Of a DNA stretch of 64,000 nt, positions 10,076 through 21,967 are shown piece by piece (position 1 is the first letter of the stretch; every line of letters begins with the position of its first letter). This stretch comes from Balamuthia mandrillaris (lineage: Eukaryota). A model generated the notes under the pieces. The model was not told where the DNA came from, made no database searches, and saw nothing but the letters and a program-made list of their open reading frames with translations. The position numbers and the translations under genes were made by a program. The stretch is taken from NCBI GenBank assembly GCA_031835245.2, contig JAVKOQ020000025.1, positions 1-64,000 of the forward strand, given 5' to 3'.

Positions 10076-12477
10076 ATGAGCGAGGACGAGTCTTGGGATT
10101 CCGACTCCTCCGAGTATGACGACTCTAACTTTGAGTCTGACGGCTCCAGCGACGACGACGATTCCAACTTTGAGTCCTCCTCTTCTAGTTCTAGCGAGGA
10201 GGAAGATGAGGACGACGACGACGAAAAACAACATACTGAGAACAAGTCTTCTGAGGGAAGAGATCAAACGCCGACCAAAGCGGGAGAGGTAAGAGTGGTC
10301 CAACTGGCGAGCATACCGCCCGAGGACACAGAGTTTGACCGGTTCGAGGAGCAAGTGGACCTCCTCGTCAACCGCATGCGAACGGCCATTACAGGCCGTT
10401 CATGGCGTCGTTTGGACTTTTCTGAGGTCCGGCACGGCGATTCCTCTTGTTCTTCTTCCTCTGCTTCAAGTTCTTCTCGTGACATTGAAGGAGGCTCTAA
10501 ACATTTGGACTGCTACCAAACCCCTCCCCAGCCAAAGAGCGCTAGAGCGACCACCGGTGGAACACGTGCCCACTTTCAGAGCATTTCTTCTTCTTCTTCC
10601 TCCTCCTCTTCGTCTTCTTCAACCTCAACTTCAAACTTTCTTTCGACCTCCTCGCACGACTTATCCACCACAGCAACATTAAAGAAGAAAGAAGATGACG
10701 AGAATGAACAAACAATGAAGAAGACGGAAGCAGAAGAACCAAAGAAGAAAGAAACCGAAGCCATCAAAAGCAAGAAGAAAGAAGACCCGAAATGGGTGTC
10801 TTCGAAGACGAGAGAGAAATCCAGGTCTGAAGATGGCGTACCTGCTATTCTCTCAGGCTCTCGTTCTGCCATCTTCTTCACTTCTTCAGACCCTTCTGCT
10901 GCTGCTGCTCTATCTTCTCGGCAAATGAGCACTTCCTTTTCGGCGTCCACCTCCTCCATGGCAGCCATTAAGAAACAAGCTAAGAGTGAGACAGATATTA
11001 ACAAAAGAGAGAGACGTCGCTCGACCAATATTCCTGGTTCCGATATGCTGAAGAGTGAGCCTTCTATCATTCTTCTTCGCAGCAAAGCAAAAGAAGAAAA
11101 ACAAGAAGAACAAGAAGAAGAGACGAAAGAACAAAAGAAAGAAGAAACGGTGACTCGGTTGTTGAAACGAAAGTTCACTTCGGGGTACAACACGTTGGGC
11201 CTGGGCCGTCCCGTTCTTCGAACTTCTATCTTCCCAGCAAGAAAAGGCAGCAAAGGAGAAGACATAGCTGACGAACAACAAGAACGAGCCGAAGATGAAC
11301 ATAAAGAAGGAGAAGCCAGAGAACAAACGAACAACAAGACGAATGGAGAAGAAGAAAAAGAAGAAAGCAACAACTGGATGTCAAGGAGTCTGTTTTCGGC
11401 TCACACCCTGACTAGACGTGGAAAACACAACATCAAAAAAGAAAAGAAGAAAAGAGAGACTAAAGGAACGGTGGAAGGCAGCACTATCTCTAAAACAGGC
11501 GTTTGGAGGAGCCTTACCAACACACCGGAGGGCTTGGTTGTGTTGAAGCTAAGAAAGGAGCTCCGCAGTTCTTCGTCTTCCTCTCCAAAAGGCATCGACC
11601 TCGTTGTATCCATCCGCAGTGCTGTTTATGGCCCTGGTTCCCTTATCACCGTTCAAGGTAATCTCTCTCAGCTTCTGCTTCGTTCACGTTCATGTGCACG
11701 CTCCTGTTCCTGTTTTCTTGTGCTTCTTCTTGTACTCACTCTCGGGCCATTCTTAAAGTGGAGGTAAGGAATGAGACTAGAAAAACGGTGGAGGGTCTGG
11801 TGCTCCGTCTTCAAGGCAAACCCAAGTTCAAAGCACAACAGCAAGGTGAAGATCATCCAACGATTCCAATGGAAGATGGGATTTTAAAAGATAAAGAAAA
11901 AGAAGAAGAGAAAGATGGAGAGCGAAGAACGCAGCGAAGCAGAAGCAGCAGCGGCACCAGCAAGAAAGGACAACAACAAAGAAGCAGCATTGTGTCATCA
12001 TCATCCTCGGCAGACTCAGAGAGAATAGTGGTTGACGAGAGAAGATTGGACCTTGCAAAACCAAAGCAATGGAAAACCGTAGTTGTTCCTAATGACAAAG
12101 ACGAAAATGAAGCACCAGAAGAAAAAGAAAAGAAAAAAGCACAACGAACCAAGAAAGGCGAAGAAGAACACGACAAAAAAGAGAAAGTGGAAGAAGAAGA
12201 CGAAGGCGAGAAAGAAAAGAAAAAGAAAGCAAGTAAAGAGAAGAAAGGAAAAAAGAAGAAGAAGAAGAAAAAGAAGAAACAAGGAAAAAGGAAGCACAAA
12301 CGCTGGCAAGGAGACATCATCTACCCAATCCCCAACAGCGACCAGAACAAGTGGTGCCAAGGGCACTTTGCGTACGAGCTGGTGGTGGAGGTCCTCTTTG
12401 CCGGCCGTCATCACGCGCTGCGGGGCGCCATTCCTCTTCGTCTTCTGCCCAAAGATTGGATTTCTTCTTCCTCCTAA
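10076..12477 (+). CDS. Low-complexity protein with a C-terminal arrestin-C-like beta-sandwich (intron ~11658-11757)
   Basis: IDLVVSIRSAVYGPGSLITVQ|VEVRNETRKTVEGLVLRL ... FAYELVVEV..LRGAIPLRLL pattern, split by charged inserts. Confidence 0.6.
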
Positions 12478-12519
12478 CATCGTGCAAGGCAACAAAAATA
12501 AAGCCGAACAATTCTTACA

Positions 12520-12822
12520 TACGCATGCGTTTTGCATGGTCGTTAGGGGTTATTTAACTTGTATAGACCGGGTACGCTTGAAAGAAAAACTACATGCCCT
12601 TGGGACAGCAGGACTGGTCTATTGGCGGCAAGTCAAGGTCGTTTGGAAGTGCTGAAATGGGCAAGAGAGAATGGATGCCCCTGGGGCGTGAACACCTGCG
12701 CGAACGCTGCTGGCCAAGGTCGTTTAGAAGTGCTGAAATGGGCAAGAGAGAACGGATGCCCCTGGGATGAAGAAACATGCATCCGCAACGCGGTGGTCAT
12801 GCAGAAGTGCCGATATGGATAA
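12520..12822 (+). pseudogene. Ankyrin-repeat fragment of the 'GHLEVLKWARENGCPW' type
   Basis: Two near-identical units GRLEVLKWARENGCPW plus a frameshifted degenerate upstream unit; no clear ATG. Confidence 0.75.
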
Positions 12823-13090
12823 CAGAAAATGAGTGTTCTTCTGAAAGTTGGAAATGGTGGAACACATCTTTTTTTAGTTTCTGTGTCTTGTTTCTCAGTG
12901 AAACAAGAAAAACAGTTTCTTCTTTTTTTTTTTAAATGAAACCTGTAGCTGTCCTTCCCTGGCCAGCAGGCTTGTAGGTTGTGCGTTGTCAGCTTTTGTG
13001 CATGCATGCTCCTCAGATAAAAAGCAAAACAAAAGCAAAAAACACAAAAAAAAAACACCTCTTTGTTCTTGTTGTTGTTGGTGTTGATGT

Positions 13091-13936
13091 TCATTTGGCC
13101 TGTAGGTTGGTCCGCTCTGTGACGTTTTCTCGCAGAACTTTGCCGTAAAGATGACCATAGGCGTAAGCCACTGTTCTGCCTTCCTTCAGGCAGTGCAGGA
13201 TGTCGCCCTGGTTCTTGGCCAAGCAAGCGGCGAATCGGGCGTCCTCTGCAGGAAAGGCTCTGCGGATGACGCAGTCCGCGTCCTTGTTGGAGCACTCCTC
13301 CCAGATCTTCTTCTCGTCGCGGGTGAGAGGGAAGAACTCGGTCGTCGGCTCCCCGCTCTTCTCCCATACGTCCTCTTTGATGTCGTCCATCTCGTAGCCG
13401 CAGGCCTCCTCGTCGCCTTTGTTTCGTTCCAGGCAGCGCTCGTAGGCCAGCAGGCTGTTGGGACACATGACTTTGGCTGTGCACATTAGGCTTTGGAGTT
13501 GTTCCGTGGCACAGTTTTCAGGACCTACGTTGGAGTGGTGGTAGGAAGCGAGCGTAAGCACAACGAGAGTATTGAATGAGAGACAGTGAAGAGTGAAAGT
13601 TGTGCGCTATATAGGAGCAGCAGCGTGTTGGCACGAATGTAATTCTTCGAAAATCGAAGATTTGAAACAAGACTTGAGACAGAGCGAAACAGCGACCTCG
13701 AAGAAGAGAGGGGGAAAAAAAGAGTGGAAGAAAGGGGCTGAAAGCAAAGGAGAAAAAGGAGAGGAAACGGATCAACTCCCACCTTTTTCCACAACGCAAC
13801 GATCGGTGGCGTGAATGGAGTCCTTGCACTCCTCCGCTGTTACATGGGAGTAGTGTCCCTCAACGCCGGCCTGAAACGCTGTCTTGATCAGCGGGTGGCT
13901 CAAGAGGTTTGTTTTGGCGTACTCCACTCGGCTCAT
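13091..13936 (-). CDS. Small Cys-rich multi-CX9C (CHCH-like) protein, probably mitochondrial intermembrane space (intron 13525-13782)
   Basis: The spliced ORF has CKDSIHATDRC, CATEQLQSLMC and CPNSLLAYERC, each C-x9-C; splice phases are compatible. Confidence 0.7.
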
Positions 13937-14860
13937 CTTTTTTTTTTTTTGATCTTTTTGTTTAGTTGGATTTGAGGAGGGTTCCTTTAAGGGGGTTCGT
14001 CCCATACTCGAAGGGCATCTTAGCGAACATTATGGGATTAGATATGTGCTGAGGAGGTGCACAAACTGAGAAGTGTTTTATTGAGCTGCAGCTTTTCAAC
14101 TCATCTCTCGCACTGCAGAGGACCGCAAGTGGGCTGCAACCGCAGAAAACGAAGGGGCTGAGGGTAAAGGAGAAGAGCAGTGAGGCGCAGTGGCTCGTGG
14201 CTTGTGAGGCCGCAAGTAGTGTTGAAAGGCGCTTTGATCGGAGACGAACTCGGCCAAACGCTTCTTCTGGCCCTCCGCGGTGGAATCGCCCTTATAGGTC
14301 TTGAAGAGGCCGAAGAGAGTGATTTGTGCCTCAAGCGCTTTCTACCTTTGAGCTTGCTCACCTCTTCAACCGTGGACACTTTAGCAACAGAAAGATCAGG
14401 CGCAGTTTTCTGCTTCTTCTGCTTTGTGTGTGTGTCCTCTTCAAAGACTGGAGCAAGGCTCTTTTGATGCTTGTCCAGGTAAGCGTCCCCCCACGTTTTT
14501 TTTTTGATATTTTTTTCTCTTGCTCCGCTCTGGCCTTTTGTTGCTGACGCAACTCTTGCTCTCTTTTCTTGAAGGCCTTACTTTGTTTTCTTTTTCGATT
14601 TTGCTTCTCCTGTTTATCCAAGTTGTTTAAATGTTGGTGGACACTGGTCGTTACCTCCAATCCAAGTTCTTCAAACACGATTGCAGATGCACTCCCCCTT
14701 CCTCCAAGGTTTCTTCGTAATGGAGAGAGAAATGCTCGTTCTCCAAAGGTAGGCAGGTTTTTGTCCTTTGGTGTGTCTTTTGTGCGACACATATTTAAAT
14801 TTTCGTTGTGGCAGGTGTGGTAGCCATGCATGAAAACATCCGCCTTCTCCACAATGCTGT

Positions 14861-14945
14861 CTATCTTCTCTTTGACTTTTTGGATCTTTTCGATCCAGTG
14901 TGTGTGTGTGGATCGAAAAGATCCAAAAAGTCAAAGAGAAGATAG
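14861..14945. repeat. Perfect 37-bp inverted repeat with an 11-nt (GT)n loop
   Basis: 14861-14897 is the exact reverse complement of 14909-14945. Confidence 0.97.
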
Positions 14946-16244
14946 GCATCATCGCAGTACTCCTTCTTGCAATGATCACACACTTTCTCCTTTCCATCGT
15001 TACCAGCTTCCTTTGCCTCACAATCACACCCTTTTTTCCGCTTCAAAAGTGTTGGGTGACGGCCGATTGCAGCAAGAAGCTTGCAAGAAGATAAAAGCAA
15101 GCACAGCTGTTTTCCTGTCCTGACCTGAGTGGCAATGTGGAAAAGGATTTCTGGAGGAAGAGCAGTGAAGGGTGTTGAACAATCCATTGAATCAAGATCC
15201 ACAATCCTTTCCAGATGAGTGCAGTGGTCATCACACTTCTTCTCCAAGTAGTGAGCCTTGGCAAACTTCATCCACCGTTGGAATTCCCCAACCATCTCCA
15301 GTTAAAGCCTTTCTTTATACTTTGCCACAGTCTCTTTAGCTTGCTGCTTGGTAAACAGCTTTGTCCATCATCCACTTTCTTTGATGGCTGTCATTAACCA
15401 TGCTCCTATTTTGGCAGTATATTTCTTTCCTTTTGGCTCTCCCCAAGTATCTTCTGTAGGTCTTTTTGAAAGTTGTTTTTCAAATGCCCTGGATCATGCA
15501 CAATCTTCACGTTGGTAAGTCTGGCATCCTCGTTCAAGACTGATGAATCTTGGTCACATACGTAGGTTCGTAACTGAGGCAGTAGCTTCTTCTCCTCAAG
15601 CCAATCTATTGCTCGTCGGAATCCCTCTGCCTCCATTCCTTTGGATGTGCCGTCGTAGTCCCCTTCTACCACCGTGACCTCTTTCCCACTCTGCAGTACC
15701 CTTGCTTTGTCCTTTGACAAGACAACCTGGTAAAGCACCTTGTTGTTGCTAGTGTCCATGATTGAATACACTCCGTGGTTTGCATTCCTTCGATGACTCC
15801 ATGCCCCATCACCAGCCAAGGTAAGCAGTACCTTGGATACTTTAACATACTTTGTTGCTTGCACAACAAATGTTTCTTTGGACAAATGGTTGACCACATT
15901 CCACACCATCTTCTCTGCTCGTCTCCAAGTTGCCCAACACATGTGTGTCAATCCTTGGGTACGTCTTTCATTTGACCTCTAGAAAGCACCACTGATGCAA
16001 CTACTTCCAGGTTGATACTCTTTATACCTGTTTGTTGCCTCTCTGGTGATCGAATGGCCACAGACCACATTCAAGTAAGTTGTTCTGCTTGAACAAACAG
16101 TACATTCCGGATATGGTAATGATGTATTCTCCCACTTGCTTTATTTTTATGGCTTCCTGGGTTTCATGACACGTCCCTTCTTTCTCCTCACATCGCTTTT
16201 GTATCGCCTCTATCCAATAGTTTACATCTGATTTTGGTGTAGGT

Positions 16245-16420
16245 CTTGATGAGGAGCTTGGTGAAGAGGAGGTTGGTGAAGAAGTTGGCGAAGAGGAGGT
16301 CGGCGAAGAAGAGGAGGTTGGCAAAGAGGAGGCCGGCGAAGAGGAGGTCGGTGAAGAGGAGGTCAGCGAAGAGGAGGTCGGCGAAGAGGAGGTCGGCAAA
16401 GAGGTCAGTGAAGAGGTTGA
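16245..16420. repeat. Degenerate ~15-bp tandem repeat (GAAGAGGAGGTCGGC) encoding TSSSP repeats on the minus strand
   Basis: About 10 imperfect copies visible. Confidence 0.85.
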
Positions 16421-16527
16421 CAAAAAAGTTGTTGGCGAGTGGCTCAAGAAGGAGGGTACCATACATGCTGGGGATGCTGAAGGAGCCTGCTGGTGAGTGA
16501 CGAAGCAAGTCGTCATGAAGGTGTTGT

Positions 16528-17806
16528 TTACAAAGAGCGAATGATGGAGTTGCCGGTGGAGATCTCGAATTCGACGATGGAGACAGAGTCGTGGGCCAAG
16601 AGTATGCGGTCGGGCTCTGTGGGGTGCATCCAGATGCCACCGTAGTTGAGGGAGTTGATCCGGAAGGGGCCGCTACCGCCGAGGGGAAACCACGGAAAGT
16701 CTTTGCTGCCGCCGTCTTTGCTGGCGTGGAGCGTTTTCTTGGTGGCAGGGTCGAAGGCGACCAGCGTGACGCTGTTTTGGAGACCAGCGGTCCACCACAC
16801 AGCGTGAGTGTTATCCCAAACTGCCCAGCGCTCGCCGATGGCCCCAGCAGCCTTCCCCACCACCAGCACGCTACGATCTCCGGTGACAGGGTCTATCTCC
16901 AGAAAGTGCTTGGGCTGTGTGGTAAAGGCGTAGATGCAACCCTTGTGGAGGGTGTACCCCTGGACGAAGCCGCGCAGCGCCTCGCCATTACCACGAGCCA
17001 GCGCTGCGTCACGCGAGGTTACTGACACTGGCACGCACGCATCGCCGTGCGGGGACACGCGTATGATCCCTGTTCCAGTTTGGGGGTTGGTGATCCCGAG
17101 CAGGAAGCTGCCATCGCTCTCATCCACAGCGAAGCCTGTGCCATGTGTTTGCACCATCGTCTTCCCGTCGCTGGCCAGCAGCTGCGCGAAGCGTGGATCG
17201 CGTGATTTCCACACCAGCTCTCTGTTGCCTGTCTCGGGATCAACCCGAATGATCTCGTGGGAGGACGGCTCCTTGGGCTCTGAAAAGGCGTAGTACTGGC
17301 CGTCCGGTCCTGCACGCACGTCCACCACATGGTGGAACGGCGGGCCGTCTCCAACATGCTCGATAGCGCCAGCGGCATTACGGAAGGCTCCTGAGACCAC
17401 GCGACGATCTCCAGAGCGCAGGTCGATTGATACCACTACGCCCTGCTTCTCGGAACTGCCCCCAAAGTAGGCGGCCACTACTAACTCGTTGCGATCTGCG
17501 TTGGTGAAACCGCCCGAGTAGTGCGCGTTGTGCACGCCTGCCTGTTCCGGGCGCTCTGCGTTAGTGTTGCAGGAGAAGAAGCTCAAGGGAACATACCAGG
17601 CTGGGACCCTGCCCGATCAGCATGTTCTTCTTGGCCAGGTCCTGCGGCCTCTTACAAATGTCGACGCCGTCACGTGGAGCGCAGTTGCCAAAATAGCGGC
17701 AGTCGGCTGCCAGCGCGGTGGGGTGCTCCATGTGATGCTTCAAAGGGGAGGGCCGGTTGGCGTACTCCGCACCGGGGTCCTTCAAGGAAGTGGTTTGTGG
17801 CTCCAT
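16528..17806 (-). CDS. ~407-aa bacterial-like beta-propeller-type hypothetical protein (2 exons, intron 17542-17596)
   Basis: A GTATGT..CTAAC..CAG 55-nt intron joins two ORFs in frame (GQGPSL|AGVHNAH); repeated blade-like motifs (IDLRSGDRRVVS, VDPETGNRELV, IDPVTGDRSVL); GC-rich with no low-complexity tracts. Confidence 0.75.
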
Positions 17807-18865
17807 TCGGTATTTGCCCCCAATAAGCTGTTTGGGTTTTAGTTTTGTTTTGTTGTGCAAGCGCTCCTTCTCTTTCTCTTGACCTATTTACCACGGGATG
17901 GTTGAAGTAAGTAACGCCAACTTGTTTTAACTAAAATCCTTGCTTTTGCCGTTTTCTCTCTGCAGCTGAGGCGTATTGGCGTCGCCTGATTGGTCCCTTG
18001 CCATCATTCATTAAGCCCTTATCTTGACCTTTTTTTTTCTCTCCCAGATATCTCAGATCTTCTACCTTGGCTTCTTCTCTCTTTCAACTTACGTTTCCTC
18101 TTTTTTCATCTTGGTTTTTTTTGTTTTCTCCCACTGCAACCATCCCTCCTTCCCCCCCTCCCTCTTCCCGGCCCCCTTCATCCCACCCATCATACCCCTA
18201 GCTAGTGCTGGTGAACTGCTGCGCTCTCCTATCTACCCGCTCGGGCGTTTCTTCATGGACAGGAGAGAACAGTCAAAAAAATAACACATTGATTTTTGAA
18301 TACAGAAGAGAATAAAACCAAAGCATACCTCGCCACCCGTTGACGACGAGCAGAGAGAGATAGATCTGTCCCCTTCCTGTCGGGACTCCTCTCTACACTT
18401 TTGAATTCATTCCCCCTCCCTCCCCCCAAGAACCCTTCTTCCCACGCACCAGGAGTCACCCAGCTTTCTTTTGGTGTTTTTTTTGTAGACATACACGTAG
18501 CGTAGTGGGGCGTAGTGGGGTGGGAGGTGTTGGGCGAAAAGTGAGCGAAGAAAGATATAAATTAATTAATACGCGCGCGCTTTAATATTTCTAATGCACG
18601 CAGAAGAAAGCAGCCGGCTGCCCTTCGCAATAAACAACAACAACACCCCCCATTTTTCATTTTTTCTTTTCGAGGAGCTTTCGAAAGGACCCACCGCACC
18701 CACCGTAGGCTTGCAACGACCCATTCGTGCTTTAAAGACAGGCAGGAGCCTTGTGCGTTTGTTTTGTTTTTTTTTTAATTTTATTTGTCCTCAAGCTGAG
18801 CCACCGAGGAGAGAGAAAAGAGAAAGGTTGGGCGCAAACTTTGGGCAACGCACACGAACGCACCA

Positions 18866-21514
18866 TGCAGCGCGAGGAGGGCTTTGCATTCGAGTCTGGG
18901 ATGAAGGAGAGCAAGGAGAAGGAACTGAGGGAAGCCATCCAGAAAAAGCTTCAGGAACTTTCCGACAAAGATGAAGCGTACGTTTTCTCAGCTTAACTTT
19001 AACGTTTGGGTCTACTCGCTGACAAACTTTTTAATTTTTGGTTAAACTTGTCTCTCTGTTTTTTATTTTATTTTTTTAAAAAAAATAGAGGAAAGTTGCA
19101 GATCGCTTTAGAGCTAGCCAACCTGCAGACCCAACTCCAACAGCTGCAATTCTCGCCCACCACTTTTCATCCCGTTTGTTCTTCTTTCACTCTCTGCTTC
19201 TCTTGTTCTCTGCTCTCTTTCTATGTTTCTCTTTCTATGTTTCTCTTTCTATGCTTCTCTCTTCCCTGTTCCTCTGCTTTTCCCTTCTCTCGTTCTCTGC
19301 TTCTCCCTTCTCTGCTTCTCTCTCTTATTCACATTTTTTTATTTTTTTTTTAAAAAACAGAACGCAACTCAACCGATAGAAAGAAGCAGTTCCCCATTCG
19401 ATGAGGACTACTCGTTTGGTAGCAGTAGCGGCAGCGAGATGGACGCCTTCCAACAACCCTCAAAACAAGTAGCCATGGACTCAAACGCTCCATGTTATTG
19501 GGGCTCCCCTACTACTTCTGCTCAGCATACGGCCAACAACAACGCTGGCCCCTTCTTCGAACAACCCCACCAACAGCAACAACAACAGCAACAGTATCAG
19601 CATCAGCAACAAACAGGAGCAGTTGAAATGGATGCGGCCTCGGCAGAGCGACTGAGAGAGTTTGAGAGGCTTGAACAACTGAGACTACAGCTGCTCCAAC
19701 AACAACAACTGCTGCAGCAACAACAGCAACAACTGGAGCAATATGCCTCAGGCTCCTCGTTTGGCTTTACAGGAGGACCAGCCACATTTGGCTCCCCTTC
19801 TACCACAGCAACCCCTTCTCCATCCTATAATCCATTTGAAGATGGCCATGAAGAAGCTGCTGCCATAAACCCATTTCAGCCTCCTTCTGCTTCTTCATCT
19901 ACTTCGGCCTCTTCTCTTGCGTTCGCTGTTGCTAAAGAAGATGACGTTAAAGCATCTGAAGCGGATGCCTTCAATCCATTTGCCTCATCGGCAAATCCAT
20001 TCACAGATGGTAATAACGCTAAGCAGGATCTTGGCTTTGAAGACAACGCTGATTGGTCTCGATACGCTGTCGATGCCTCATCATCATCTCCTTCATTTGC
20101 TTCCTCGCCGCCTCCTTCTTCCCCAAAGGCAAGTGACGGACGTAAAGGTGGCATCAAAGCTACAACTGAACAAAAACGACACCAACGACAACATTCATCA
20201 TCAAGTCAAGAAACTGGAGACAGCAACAGTAAAAAAGACAAGAAAGAAACGAAGAAGAAAGAAAAAGAAGCAAAAGTAAGGATGCGCCGAAAGTCGGTTC
20301 ATGAACTCCAAAGTCCGCACGTCGGAAGAATGGACAGAAAACAAAGCGAAACTCTCACACAACTCAGAATGAGTGGCGAACAAACTCGTTCTGCGGAACA
20401 TTTCGACAAGAAAAAACTGGAACAAGCGAAGAAAGCAAAGGAAGATAAAGATGGTAAGAAGAGTTCTCTTCGCTCCAACAGTGCCAGAGCGATTTCTTCC
20501 CCATCAAAGAGAAGAGAAGAAAGAAATGGTCTCTCTTATACTGCTTCTCCTTCGTCACTGAGAAGAGAGTACACCAATCACAAGAGAACTGGTTCGATGA
20601 GAGAGGGCAGTAGACCCAATAGTGGCCAACTGGAGAGTGGCCAATCTTCGTCGAGACCCGTATGGATGTGGCGATGCGAAGGCGTCTGGGTTTGTTGCAC
20701 CGTTCTTTTCCTTCTTCTTTCTTCTTTCTTCTTTCTTCTCGTCTGCGTCGTTGGCTTTCTTGTGTTCCCGATTTCCCTTCTTTCTTCTCATAAATGTATA
20801 TGCGTTACAGGTGCATTACACGAAAGAGATATGTGAGTTGATCGAGACAGCGAGAGATGAAGGTATGACGCAAGTGCCAATCGGCGACAGACTCTATGTC
20901 GACCTAAAAGGCATGACTCAGCGGCATTACGAAGACACTGAACAAGTTGCTCCTATCAAACGAAGAATTAAGGTTTGCAAACTTTTTTTTGGGTCCCTTC
21001 TATTCTATCTGGTGTCATTTATTTGTTGACTTCATTTCCTTTTGCTTTTTTCTTTTCTTTTTGTTTTCCTTTCCCTTGCTCCTTCTCTCCAAAATAGGAA
21101 GGAGGGAGCAGAAGTAATTCCTCCACAAAACTACGATGGCCCCAAGAGAGCTCCACGCTTGTGGAGATGGGCTTCACTGACGCCCGCAAGAACCTCCACG
21201 TTCTGAACTACACGCAGGGCAACTTGGAGCAGGCAGTTGTGCTCTACACGAAACTTCAGGACCTGGAGAAGGACGGATGGAAGGACACCCGAGCGAACAT
21301 CGTCACCCTGCACGAATGCGGTGGCGACTTGGCGAAAGCCAAACAACTCATCCGATCGAAAGCCTACACCAAAGCATCTTCTTCTGTGGAAGGAGCAGAG
21401 GCAAAGAAAGCAGAAAAGAAGGAGGAAGAAAAGGCAAAGAAGAAGAGCTCAGGAGGTTCTTCTTCTTCAAAGGGCCATAAAAAGAGGCACCGGCTCAGCA
21501 TGTGGATAAAGTGA
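18866..21514 (+). CDS. NPF-motif, WWE-domain and tandem UBA-like domain protein (multi-exon)
   Basis: Four NPF motifs; spliced VWMWRCEGVW|VHYTKEICELIETA..YVDLKGMTQ..IKR (WWE-like); LVEMGFTDARKNLHVLNYTQGNLEQAV and a second UBA-like unit. Confidence 0.8.
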
Positions 21515-21967
21515 AGGTGCTTCTTCTCTCTTAGCTTCACTACAAAACGGGATAGAAATTCCGCCCTCGGTGGTTACCACGCAGTTGTGTTCCAGGAATG
21601 CCTCATTTAACTAGTATTTCCATACATGCTATGGAATAAAATAAAAGTTCGGCCTGTTGTCTTGATACGGATCCACAATCATATTTCGCGTTGACCAAAA
21701 AATCATACAATAAGGAGAGAGATTATATTGTGGACTTGCCAATTGCAGCGAAACGTGATGATGGCTAGCCTAAATTCTTCATATTGGGTAAAGAAGGGGA
21801 TTTCCGGCTATTTAGGGAGGCTTTATAAACGGCGCGTGTAAACCTACTCGCTACCCACTTGGTGTTACTTTATTTTTACCTCTGCCAACAACGACACCAC
21901 AGGTCTCCTCTTCCCACCACTCATACCTCCCCCCGACCCTCCTTTTGTCACTGTTTTTCTGAGGACC

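Larger units (their letters stand above)
13991..16516 (-). mobile_element. Decayed DDE transposon of the Kolobok/Mutator(Phantom)-like type; frameshifted transposase pseudogene
   Basis: Motifs LAGDGAWSHRR, YDGTSKGME, YVCDQDSS, HDPGHLK, AHY..CDDHCTH and HGYHTCHNENLN..PKD are spread over several frames; candidate terminus TTAA|GGGGG at 13987-13995; no second terminus found. Confidence 0.8.

Noticed and set aside
16245..16420. Regular repeats considered as a CRISPR-like array (also 36720-36860 and 45820-45987)
   Set aside because: Tandem units without unique spacers, no cas genes, eukaryotic context
17542..17600. Apparent frameshift or programmed recoding between the 99-aa and 352-aa ORFs
   Set aside because: Explained by a canonical GTATGT..CTAAC..CAG intron that restores the frame
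17880..18030. Searched for the second terminus of the Kolobok-like element beyond the bacterial-like gene
   Set aside because: No reverse complement of GGGGGTTCGTCCCATAC followed by TTAA was found, so cargo status is unproven
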